From positions 272,428,001 to 272,492,000 of the forward strand of contig OZ024740.1 of NCBI GenBank assembly GCA_964016885.1: a stretch of DNA of 64,000 nucleotides. The letters run 5' to 3'. The notes beneath the pieces were generated by a model. It was not told the DNA's origin, searched no databases, and saw only the letters and a program-made list of their open reading frames with translations. The position numbers and the translations under genes were made by a program. Of this stretch, positions 12,501-24,454 are shown in pieces. The DNA comes from Eledone cirrhosa (taxonomy: Eukaryota). Within the stretch, counting starts at the first letter, position 1; the number at the start of each line of letters is the position of its first letter.

Positions 12501-12998
12501 CAGTATTACTGGGGGGCTCTGCCCGTTCGAGAAAAGCTCTACAGACACGGGCGCCCGGGCAGGGATCCCGCGAAAAAGATCTGTCCCAGATGCGTGCGCG
12601 ACGAGGAACCCGTTGCGCATGCACTGGTACACTGCCCGGGCGTTGCCGATCTGTGGGGCTACGTCGAACGACTGCTGTCGCGTGTGGCGCCGATTCGATT
12701 AACCGCCGAGTCTGTGGTGAACATCAAGCCGCCTCCTCCCTTCAGAAATGAAGCAGAGGCGGTCTTTCTGTGCGTAATAGCCATGATGAAAGAGGTTGTG
12801 TGGTGGACGCGCCTGAAAGGTCTGAGGTCGGGTGACTTTCTCTCCGGCCATCACCTGGTTTACTTCTTCCGATACCACTTCGGAAGAAGAATCAGGATGG
12901 AGAGAGAAGTGCTTGGTCCCAGACAGTTTTATGAAAGGTGGGTGAAAGAAGCGAGAATGGCCCGTGTAAATGGGCCTTCTCTCTACATTGTTCTGTAG
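9558..12998 (+). CDS. Tx1-like ORF2p: APE endonuclease, reverse transcriptase and C-terminal Cys/His motif; presumed start codon appears mutated to ATA
   Basis: CLNARGL, LVGDWN, SYLDRF and YSDHK (APE). KSPGLDGLP, FRPITLLN, QGCPLS and AYADD (RT). CPRC...HALVHC. Open for 1143 codons. Confidence 0.95.
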   Translation: MDQLRVGCLNARGLSSAWKQAKLLSDLRSQSIDVMVVCESRISSVRQLAPAFDDFEMHASLCQPGGGGGGVAVLLDKRLTLDVQIVHSDPGGRLLVLDVGGGEGGAFRLVGLYAPFGAERADFFQRLETFLGTSRSLLLVGDWNGILDARWDYAGACPDRGGCSSLKGLLDRFDLVDRFRLDCPTAPTWTWANRSGQSRSYLDRFLVRSKDRDVFSCPELIMVGYSDHKLVTCVVNLDRTHRQGPGYWKMNLSLPTKKDYRNRISSLVKMRLTGAIVNSRWWISLKREIRVSSIGYSKELAANRNRRERELTDKLEEAIRSGDVARVLATRTALSQFFDAKHEGCVVRSKIRALGNEGTKAVSWARVTEAKSGIKSTIRSLRDQDGRVILEPERMCETFQRHFARLFGGGGGPDGDVDFGPYLDGLPRLSSGEAECCEGPITATEIGEALSQCSRRKSPGLDGLPYELYLAMPVLFSELLEAVYCNWQQNGRIPCSVTKGVVTLVRKDESKGDDLSNFRPITLLNAELQILAKVLAKRLALVVGGLVGDAQTCAIPSRSIHDNLHLMRYIIERVGYEPGFGGALINLDQSKAFDRVDHGYLDAVLAAAGFGPVFRGWISAMHSGNIYSRIKVNGYLSEPFQITRSIRQGCPLSSLLYVLTLEPLLRKLQLLRGIPLEPGLHKAVSAYADDVTVMVADASEIGAIATLLEEYERLTGAKLNQDKSVGLQLGTWRGKPMPLDGVVGRWTEGPVKLLGVWFGPDLQVEKNWGEVTSRVFALTQKWAKCKLSLKSRAEVTNAYIASVIYYRLTVVPCPKEKLTIMERMLFQFLWKNRPPMVRRSICCQHPSKGGLGMPWLLMRRHALRLRHLQVFLNGQPVWAPFVRRAFPQLVSLTELQSWVKQRPRKLGNWHTECAQALTAIWQADPTVSGESTSTFYRGLVASRGDDTLGESLGMEEDELASLFGRTFGPGPMDNFQRSLAWQYYWGALPVREKLYRHGRPGRDPAKKICPRCVRDEEPVAHALVHCPGVADLWGYVERLLSRVAPIRLTAESVVNIKPPPPFRNEAEAVFLCVIAMMKEVVWWTRLKGLRSGDFLSGHHLVYFFRYHFGRRIRMEREVLGPRQFYERWVKEARMARVNGPSLYIVL

Positions 12999-13243
12999 GT
13001 GAAGAAGTGAAGAGGAAAGGGGGAGCGCCTCCTCTCTGGGCTTCCCCCGCGAAAAGAGTTGCACACTTTTCGGGGGTATGTGCAATCCCCAACACGCCCC
13101 CTCCCTTTTGAGGACTTTTTATTGTTATATTATTATTGTTATTCCTTTTTTCTTTACTCGATTTATGTAAACTCCCCCACTGTGTAAATGTCCCCTTCTT
13201 TTGTGCCCTCGTGGCAAATAAATAGAAATTTATCTATCTATCT

Positions 13244-13618
13244 TTTATTCAAATACCACTTTGGAAGAAGAATCAGGATGGAGAGAGAGGTGCTGTACCC
13301 CAGCAAGTTTTATGAAAGGTGGGTGAAAGTTGCGAGAATGGCCCGAGTGAATGGGCCTTCTCTCTATATCAGCCTGTAGGTTGAGGAAAAGGAGGAGGAG
13401 AGGAAAGGAGTACAAGCTCTTCGTACTCCTGGAGATGAGGGTTGCACATTTTTTTTCGGGGGTATGTGTTACCCATATAAACTGTCTCCCTCTATTGGGG
13501 AAAATCGACTAACTTTTAAATTCCATCTGTGATAACATTTTACACGTTTTTATTGTATGTAAACTTCCCCCTTTGTATTTGTCCCCTTCTTTTGTGCCCC
13601 TGTGGCTAATAAAGAAAT
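13244..13618 (+). mobile_element. 5'-truncated Tx1-like copy, nearly identical to the 3' end of copy B
   Basis: Matches about 36143-36517 with only a handful of differences. Bounded by ATCT repeats at 13231-13243 and 13621-13656. Confidence 0.92.
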
Positions 13619-13619
13619 A

Positions 13620-13657
<38 letters not shown>

Positions 13658-13918
13658 AACTTCTTCGGTTATGCAAACTTTGACTCATATTCAGTCACAC
13701 TTCCATCCACAATTTACTTAGACTCATTGAAATGCTCGCAACTCACATCGTCGTAAACTAAACAGTAGACACATGAACACGTAAACAAAACTTATCACAT
13801 ACACTGACAAACACAAGCAAGCATATATATATACATGCACACCAATGTACACACACAGAAGCCTACACACATACTCTTGGAACGCATCGTTAGACTAAAC
13901 CACTATCCCATACACATG

Positions 13919-14037
<119 letters not shown>

Positions 14038-14076
14038 GTGCATATGTGTGTGTCTGTGTGTATGCATATATATATA

Positions 14077-14124
<48 letters not shown>

Positions 14125-14194
14125 CATATATACAAATATATATATATACAAATATATATATATACATATATACAAATATATATATATACATATA

Positions 14195-14255
<61 letters not shown>

Positions 14256-14372
14256 GTACGCATAAATATTCTGACACGCAGCACGACTACGCTTATTTCG
14301 AACAGTGAACTTAAAATATGAAAAAGAAAAAGAAAAAAAACAACAACAACAACACACACACAGAGTCACACA

Positions 14373-14415
<43 letters not shown>

Positions 14416-14751
14416 AGAGAAACGCATACACACATACACACATACATACATACATACATACATACATACATACACAAACAAATCGATGACAAGAACGTTA
14501 GACAAGGGGTGCTTTTGTTCTGATATGCTAATTTATATTGTATCATGCAGATGAAGCTTGCGTTAATGCCATTGACGAACAAATATTCCGGCAGGGGAAT
14601 ATTCTCTCATACTGAGAACTACTGGAAGATCTAAAGAGTTCAAAAGAACGGAATGTAAGCTTTTGTGTGGAGTCACCTGGAAGTGATCGCGTATGATCAA
14701 TAATCTATTGATCCGATCAAATCATTGGATGAATTGGTTTTGGAAAAAATT

Positions 14752-14838
<87 letters not shown>

Positions 14839-14877
14839 CATATAATTATATATATAAATATATAAATATATGTATAT

Positions 14878-14946
<69 letters not shown>

Positions 14947-15117
14947 TGTGCATATACATATATATATATATATATACGTGTGTGTCTGCATATTTATATA
15001 TATAATATACATATATATATGTATGTATGTATATATATATATATATGTATATATATTATATATATGTATATATATATGTATATATATATATGTATATATA
15101 TGTATATATATATGTAT

Positions 15118-15194
<77 letters not shown>

Positions 15195-15558
15195 TATACA
15201 TATATATATATGTAAGCCAGAAAAAAATTATAAAAAGAAAATAAATATGCGAAAGCGAAACAGAACAAATGTTTTTATATTGTTAAATTGACTAATTTAT
15301 TATTTTTATTATTTCTTTGCCATTCTTTTCCTTCCTTTTTGCAAGTAATTTTTATCCCCGGAAACAAGTTTGGTAAGGGGTGAAGTATTTTAACACTTTC
15401 TACTATGTGGTGTGTTTGTTATCGACTAAATAAACCGGCAAATTTTGTCATCGCCAGTTATGTATGTTTTTGTCTTTAATAAAAGAAACTTTTGTTGAAT
15501 ATATATATATATATATAGATATATATACGCACAAATATATGTATATGTAATGAATATA

Positions 15559-15620
<62 letters not shown>

Positions 15621-15675
15621 AATATATGCACATATATGTGTCTATATATATATAGACACACACATACATATGTAT

Positions 15676-15717
<42 letters not shown>

Positions 15718-15779
15718 AATGTGTATATATGTATGTGTGTGTCTATATATATATATAGACACATATATGTGCATATATT

Positions 15780-15825
<46 letters not shown>

Positions 15826-15850
15826 TATATTCATTACATATACATATATT

Positions 15851-15892
<42 letters not shown>

Positions 15893-15918
15893 CATGCATA
15901 CACACACATACACTCACT

Positions 15919-15962
<44 letters not shown>

Positions 15963-16264
15963 ATTCTATATTATTGTGTCTTATGGCTTTTAACTTATTT
16001 TTGTTTATTTTTTTCTTCTTCTATATAATCAACAAAAAACAGTATGTAGAATAAACAGCAACAAAAAGAACAAGTTTAATATATTTTGGTTGTAACTAGA
16101 ATATTTAACTTTTAGTTTTTTTGGCACAACAGCGCAACCGGGGATCTTTTTATCTGGAATCTATAAAACAGCAGACAAAATGCACGCAGCATTATTTAGT
16201 TTCACCTCACAAGATTCAATGTTCAAATCCTGACAGAGAAGGATTTTAGCGTTAAATATAATGA

Positions 16265-16655
16265 TTTTTAGTATAGGCACAAGACCAGTAATTTGGAGGG
16301 AAGGGGGACTCGATTAAATCGACCCCAGTACGTTACTGGTACTTTATTTTATCGACCCCGTAAGGATGAAAGGCGAAGTTAACCTTTGTAGGATTTGAAC
16401 TCATATCATAAAGGGGCGTAACTCTATGCTGCAAAGCATGGTGTCCGACTCTCTACCGATACTGCCAATCCACCGCCATAAGAAGTGCTAAAATAATGGT
16501 TTCTTATTTGGGGGGAAGGGGAAGGGGGATTAAATCGACCTTAGTGCGTTACTGGTGCTTTATTTTATTAAGCCCGTCAGGATGACAGGTAAAGCTAACC
16601 TCGGCGGGATTTGAACTCAGAACGTAAAAGGCCATAACTATATGTTGCAAAGACT
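16265..16655 (-). mobile_element. Two tandem Meta/MESC-like SINEs
   Basis: Reverse-complement matches to the SINE core and tRNA head. Confidence 0.8.
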
Positions 16656-16776
16656 TAAGAAAATTAGTCGTGGGATCGAAATGGTTGGGTAAAACCAATA
16701 AATTATTTTACTTAAACAACCCCACTCTCTCTCTCTCTATACATATATATGTGTGTGTGCACACATACATACATAC

Positions 16777-17870
16777 GGGGTCTAAAATCAATATTAACAA
16801 CATATGAGACCCGGATAGTAACACTGAAGCAACACCTTCAACAGAGGAAAAAGGTTGGCAACCATCTTGCCCAGGTTTATGAGCATGAAAAAAGAAATAT
16901 CATTAGAATAGCGACTGATCTGGAGGAGAGATATGGAATAAAGCCTGATATAAATCTCTCACCCAGAGAAATCAGAAGATCCTATTCAATGTTCAAACAA
17001 GATAAAAAAAATTGACCAATTTACAGAAAAAGTTGTGCATGGATACTTGAGGCGTAAAACACAGACCATAGAGGGGATAAACCACTCAAAAAGCCTGGCA
17101 TGGAGTTCCGACAAGTTTATGACATCACACCTTGAGGGATATCTCTATGCAATACAGGAACAAGAACTCCCTACCAAATATCTGCTGCACAAAAGAGGAG
17201 GGCCAGAAGCTGACAATAAATGTAGGCTATGTAAAACAAAGATCGAGGATGTAAGCCACATTGTTGCCAGCTGCGAAATAATGTCATCTCGCTACTACCT
17301 CCCCATGACACACGATGGGATAGCTAGAACCATCTGGAACGCACTTCGGAAAACAAAATTAACAACAAACGAGGAAGAATATATTGAGACAGATGGCACT
17401 AAGGAATACTGGTGGAACCTGAAAATAAAAACTGCCACCAAATTAAAGCACAACCGGCCTGATATTGTTGTTTGGGACCACACATTGAAAACGTGTTCTG
17501 TTGTGGAGATCAGCCCACTTGATGTAAACGTTGTCAGAAAAATACAGGGGAAGGAGGACATCTACGGACCATTGATGAGGAGTTTACAAATCCAGTATCC
17601 AAGATACACCTTTAGCTTCATACCCATCATTATTGGAGCTACGGGTTATATACCAACCCGCTTGGACCAAAGTATGACTGAACTTGGATTTGCGGACAAA
17701 AAGCGCAGCTCCCTAATTCATAGTCTACAAATGGCTGCGATAGCTGGCATCTTCAAAATTTGCAAAACATTCTTGCGATTCAAGGAATGACAATTTCTTT
17801 TCTTTTACAACCTTGCCACCAGGAAGGTGGCCGGTCAAAAAAATATACTCGAAATTAAGAGAAAGAGAAA
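16777..17870 (+). mobile_element. 5'-truncated RLE-type (R4/Dong-like) non-LTR retrotransposon
   Basis: Begins at (G)RGLKSI. Contains CRLC...HIVASC zinc finger, HD, and NRPDIVVWD...VVEISP PD-(D/E)xK-like endonuclease. Frameshift at the poly-A near 17010. Flanked by (ACAT)n on both sides. Confidence 0.85.
17035..17790 (+). pseudogene. C-terminal zinc finger and restriction-like endonuclease of the R4/Dong-like element
   Basis: HGYLRR, EGYLYAIQEQELPTKY, CRLC, RPD and IIIGATG motifs typical of RLE-clade ORFs. Confidence 0.85.
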
Positions 17871-17895
17871 ACATACATACATACATACATACATG

Positions 17896-17960
<65 letters not shown>

Positions 17961-18114
17961 GCATATGGCTGTCGGTTAATTGTGTTCGCTTCGAAATCAC
18001 GTATATCTGGGTTCAATCCCCTTTCGAGGCAACTTGTTATCTACTAAACCTTCGAAGTGTTGAATATATTCTGAGGGAAATTGAAGTAGCCCGTCGCAAA
18101 TATGTATCTATGTA

Positions 18115-18238
<124 letters not shown>

Positions 18239-18349
18239 GAAAGTGAACAACACAAAATATAACTACTCCATTACCATCAACTCTATCTGACGACCAATGC
18301 AGACGTCTATATTATTATCGTCTGTGATCTGCAAACCTTTGGTAATGGA

Positions 18350-18445
<96 letters not shown>

Positions 18446-18478
18446 ATATAATATATAATATATATATATATATATATA

Positions 18479-18661
18479 ACGAAGGAAATGTGGTAAGGAA
18501 CCAGGTGGACCATAACGCACCAAAGTACTCAATACTTAGGGTAGTAGAGTGGGTAATAGGAACGAGTAGGACCTCGACGGCTGAGCTCAAGCCGTTTCGA
18601 CGATTCTGGACTCAGAATCGTCGAAACGGCTTGAGCTCAGCCGTCGGGTCCTACTCGTTCC

Positions 18662-18663
<2 letters not shown>
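18479..18663 (-). mobile_element. Penelope-like terminal fragment (family X) with fold-back, embedded in (TA)n
   Basis: aacgaaggaaatgtggtaaggaacc...gccgtttcgacg recurs at 23441, 45373, 46228/46500, 47962 and 63041. Inverted repeat at 18557-18663. Penelope assignment is inferred from structure. Confidence 0.6.
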
Positions 18664-18704
<41 letters not shown>

Positions 18705-18801
18705 TTGTGTTGTTCACTTTCTAATTAAATAGCTCTGTTCTATACACAGAGCACTCTTTTTTCCTTTGCTTTTCCTTTGGAATTACGTAATATATATATA
18801 T

Positions 18802-18876
<75 letters not shown>

Positions 18877-19229
18877 GTCAAAGTTGTTCGACTTAAATGT
18901 ATTACATTTAAGCATTTGTCCTCGCCAAGTAATTTCACGAGTTTTGTTTTCCTTTTGTCAAATACCCCAAGGACAATGTTTGACTACTTACTTTCTGAAA
19001 CACTGTGACCACAGATGGACCAGCAGTATCGTCGGTAGGGGGTCGAAACTCTATAGGTCTATTTCGACGGCTGATATCCCTGAACCTTTGTTTCACTTAT
19101 CATCCGCCGCTAAATCTTGTTCAGAAGGAATGAAAGTTCCTAAACTCAGATTTTCATGCCTGAAATATTGTAGATACACAGACTAGAAAAATAAGTAAAA
19201 AAATAAAACAAATAAACCCAACTAAGACA

Positions 19230-19970
19230 TAATTGTTTCTACTTTCGGCACAAGGCCAGCAATTATCCAGTGCATTAATGTTACTTTATTTTATCGACCC
19301 CGTAAGGATGAAAGGCAAAGATAACCTCGGCGGGATTTGAACTCAGATCGTAAAGGGACGTAACTATGCTGGAAAGCATAGCGTCCGACCCTCTACCGAT
19401 ACTGCCAATCCAACCAAGACATAATATATTGAAATAATGGTTTTTGATTTAAGTACAAGAGCAACAATTGTAGGGGAAAGGGGAAAGTCGATTAAATCGA
19501 CCCCAGTGGATTACTGGTGCTTTATTTTATCGACCAAGTAAAGATGAAAGGAAAAGCTAACCTCGGCGGGATTTTATTTCAGAACGTAAAGAGCTATAAC
19601 TCTATGTATGCCGCTAAGTATGTTGTCCGATTCTCTACCGATTCTACCAATCCACCGCCCTTGGTTTCTGATTTAAGTACAAGACTAACAGTTTTAGGGG
19701 AGGGGAAAGTCGATTAAATCGACTCCAGTGCAGCACATACTTTATCTACCCTTTAAGGATGAAAGGTAAAAGTAACCATAGCAAGATTTTATCTCAGAAC
19801 GTAAAAAGCCATAACTCTATGCCGATATGTATGTTATCCGACGCTCTACCGATCCTGCCAATCCACCGCCCTTGGTTTCTGATTTAAGCACAAGACTCCA
19901 GTGCAGCACAGGTACTTTATCGACCCTGTAAGGACGAAAGACAAAACTAACCTCACCGAAATTTGAACTA
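19230..19970 (-). mobile_element. Tandem cluster of about 4 Meta/MESC-like SINEs of differing divergence
   Basis: Repeated taaggatgaaaggcaaag..aacctcggcgggatttgaactcag and ctctaccgatactgccaatccacc. Confidence 0.8.
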
Positions 19971-20519
19971 TATATATTAAAATAATTAAACATAAACGTA
20001 AGCCATATAAGCTACGTTGAGTTTATAGATGATCGTAAAATGTCAATAACAACAAAATAACAACTAAAGGATCAATAAAACATGGCACGAACGGCTTAGT
20101 AATGTTTCCTTCCTCCTATTGTAGATAAATACAATGATTCACTTCTTGAAAGGAACCCAAAATAAAAGTGTGGGCACATTGAATTATTAGAAAAATGGAT
20201 TCGATAATCTCGGATCGGTGTTTTGGCGCCACCAGAGAACTGCTATCTATCGGGGAAGTAAAACTTCAGTTTTCGATCAATAATTCATATAATTTTATAT
20301 TCCCGTAGAGTTACTTAAAAAAACAAACAACGACTACAAACAACGCCTAACAAGCAACTACAATCAGAGCAACAACAAAAACGGTCATGGCTACCTTTCT
20401 TGGTAAGTGGATTATATAGGCTACCAGGAAGAGCGAAAGCAGCAGTAGCACTCGGCATTGTAGGAGCCTCTTCCCAATCGCTTGACCTGCTAGGAATAGC
20501 AGTAAAATTCCCTTCATAT

Positions 20520-20729
20520 TACGAGGGTAGGCTGAAAAGTTCATAGGCTGACTTTGAAGGGTGATGTTAGAGCTGTGAAATATTACATGCATTAATTCCT
20601 ACTCTTCTTATTAATAACTGCATTGCTTTTTTCCAGGAACTATATTGAAAAATAAAAAAAAAACACCTCATTTGGTCATTCCACGAGAGTATCTTGGTCA
20701 GTCTATAAACTTTTCAGCCGAGCCTCATC
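20520..20729. mobile_element. Mariner-type MITE
   Basis: tacgagggtaggctgaaaagttcataggctgac and gtcagtctataaacttttcagccgagcctcat form imperfect TIRs. Same family as 5.9 kb and 26.9 kb. Confidence 0.75.
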
Positions 20730-21147
20730 TTTCATTTCAAGTACACATCTTTCAAGAGGTGAGTGCATATTGCAGATGGTCTTTATTGTTTTTAGATTTA
20801 GATAAAAAAGACCCTCGCACACCTTTCTATCTTGAAAAATGCAACAAACAAAAAGAATATTGGTTAATGTAATTCTTGATTAATTGTCCGAAAATATGTG
20901 ATGATCATAGCTAAAACGGCTTTTTCATAAATTTCTTTGACCAGAACTGATCTAGGCTTAAATAACAGCAGTAAAAACTACACCTGTAGCTATAAACAAC
21001 AACTGTAATTCAAAAGTTTTGTAGTATTCTTGTAGAATCATCAGTAACTATCAATGACTATTTAACAGATCAGTGTTTCGTTGATTAACAAATTTAACGT
21101 ATACAACGAGAAGAGGCATCGAGATTGACAGGATAGTATTTGTACCC

Positions 21148-21215
21148 AAGGCCGGATTTAATGGTGGGAAAATGGGGCAATTGCCCCGGGCCCCCTGTAG
21201 TGGGGAGTCCCATCA
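21148..21215. mobile_element. Possible hAT-type MITE terminus
   Basis: aggccggattta...ggggcaattgccccgggcccc resembles common hAT MITE ends. Partner end not located. Confidence 0.35.
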
Positions 21216-22077
21216 GCGACGGTCGTAGCAATTTATTTGTGCCCTCAGCTGGGCTTTTTAGTTTTAGGATGGTTAGAACTTTTGAATTTAATACCTGTAT
21301 TATTATAACTTTTCAATTCCAATTACTTGCGCCAAACTAATTTTGATATGAAAAATTGAGGGGGTTTGCTGAGTATTCTAATTTCTGTGTATGAGCCCCC
21401 CCCCCCAAAAAAAACCCAACCCGAAGTCCGCTCCTCCTCCTCTCAAAGTCTAAATCTAACCTTACTTGTACCAAGTCAGGTCAAAATGATTGTGGCGTAT
21501 TATTCATCGCATGACGGTAAGAAACTTATCAGCATCAACTGTTGCTATAATAACCACGTGACTACGAAAATCAGAAATGATAATTAGGACAGGAGTAAAA
21601 TAATCTTTACTCATATATATATTTGGCAAAATAAAACTAGGTCCCATTTTTTGTCAACACAGTTGTCGAGGAGGAGGCTGCTTGTTTCTGGTTATCCTAA
21701 TATAGGTTAGGCCACAAAAAGGGAGGTCACTCTATCTGAAAAGAGATTGCTCTTCTGTGCACACTCTGTTTAATATAATGAAATTCACGCATATATACTT
21801 AATACCACAACCAGTCAGCTGGCGTTTCAACGGTGGTCGTTACGACAGTTAATATGTCACGCATGTCTACGACGATGAAATACCGCCATTTCCATAGTTT
21901 CCTCGCTCGGGAAATTACATGGAATATATAGCATCTTCGGACGAAGTTGTAATTTTCCGGTCACCCATGCAGCCGCATCCCATGTCACTAATTCTCTAAG
22001 AAGTGCTGTGTGTGTCTAAAAACAGTTGCATTGAGACACGAGCTAATTTTCAGCGTACACACGCACACACACACACA

Positions 22078-22146
<69 letters not shown>

Positions 22147-22147
22147 A

Positions 22148-22242
<95 letters not shown>

Positions 22243-23114
22243 GTATGTTATCGGTACATGTGTACGTATATGTCTGGATAGCTTTTTTTTCCAAATGAAT
22301 ACATCCGAAGACGATAATTATTTTTTCTAAAAGGAAACTTTAGAGAGAAAACCAAAATATGAAATTGAAAGGAAAAAACACAGGAACGACGATAGCAATA
22401 TAAACTTGATAGAATGTCTCTCTACTTGGATAAAATGTCGGTGGCATCTCTCCTGTCAATAGATTTCTGTGATAGTCTATCGAAGAAATTCTCCACCACA
22501 CTACACCATGCTAGATCAAACCATACCATACCATACCAAACCAAACCAAACCTTAAAGATTTATTAGTTATCAGTAACACATTCACCAATTTCATCGTGG
22601 GTGCTCAGGAAGATCGTTAATGTTGATATGCCAAGGGGTGAGTTTTCTCTAAAAGGGTTGTTTATCTTATAGAATAGAAAGACAACAACAAACAACAAAC
22701 AGGAAAACAAAAATATGAACAATAACAACAAGAGTACATTCGATAAAAGCAAAGCAAAACGGAAGCAAATATAACAACAGCAAAATAATGTGAACCGTGA
22801 GAAATAAAGAAAAGTGGAATGAAGAGAAGAAGGGGAATGATACAGATTGTAAAAAATGTGATAGAGATAAAGCAAGAGAGGGAGTGATAGATAGATAGAT
22901 ACATAGACAGAGAGAGAGCGGTGGAGAGAGGGAGATAGAGATAGAGAGAGAGAGAAAGAGGGAGATGGAGAAGTGATATTGAAATGTGGAGATTGGAGAC
23001 ATGGGGAGAAAAAGAAAACTCATCAATTTTTCTTTTAATTTTCTTGATAAGTAAGAAGAATCAATTTGATTGACTATTTTGACATAACCTTGACATCGAC
23101 TGGAAGGGGTGGCG

Positions 23115-23161
<47 letters not shown>

Positions 23162-23194
23162 GTATGTACGTATGTATGTATATATATATATATG

Positions 23195-23241
<47 letters not shown>

Positions 23242-23292
23242 GTACGTATGTATGTATATATGTATATATATATACGTATGTATGTATATATG

Positions 23293-23327
<35 letters not shown>

Positions 23328-23339
23328 ATATATACATAC

Positions 23340-23583
<244 letters not shown>

Positions 23584-23650
23584 TATATATATATACATAG
23601 ATACATATTTATATATATATGTATATATATATACATATATATATATGTAT

Positions 23651-23719
<69 letters not shown>

Positions 23720-23794
23720 ACATATACATATATATATAATATACACACAAATAGGTGAGTTTGGCTGTATATACACACACATATAACAAGAAGA

Positions 23795-23919
23795 CAGCTA
23801 ACAAGATAGAGGGATGAATTAAATAGATTTGAAAAAAATTGGAGACGGGCGGCACCTAAAGCCGAAATTATGGAGATAAGGGGAAGCCTCTCTCCAGCAG
23901 TGGAGTAGTCATGGCCGAT

Positions 23920-23922
<3 letters not shown>
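23795..23922 (+). mobile_element. 3' end remnant of an RTE-clade LINE
   Basis: Degenerate TR*RDEL...NWRRAA and, after a frameshift, [11 protein letters not shown], resembling the RTE C-terminal W..GEAYVQQW motif. Confidence 0.6.
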
Positions 23923-23991
<69 letters not shown>

Positions 23992-24036
23992 CATATATAT
24001 ATATGAAAATGAATATGTATATTTATCTATACATAC

Positions 24037-24115
<79 letters not shown>

Positions 24116-24175
24116 CATATATAAATATACATATATTTACTTATAGCATAAGTATATATATATATATACGTATAT

Positions 24176-24208
<33 letters not shown>

Positions 24209-24271
24209 CGTATATATACATACATACACACGATTTCAGATAAAGAATCTTGCTAAACAAATTCAGAAACG

Positions 24272-24336
<65 letters not shown>

Positions 24337-24373
24337 CATATATACATACATACATACATACATACACACACAT

Positions 24374-24454
<81 letters not shown>

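Larger units (their letters stand above)
7524..13230 (+). mobile_element. Full-length Tx1-clade non-LTR retrotransposon (copy A)
   Basis: About 200-nt 5' UTR, ORF1, ORF2 and a 3' UTR with AATAAA. Flanked on both sides by ATCT repeats. Confidence 0.92.

Noticed and set aside
10013-13095. Antisense and alternate-frame ORFs inside Tx1 ORF2, also at 33-39 kb
   Set aside because: Short shadows of a GC-rich coding sequence. Their recurrence reflects homology between copies.
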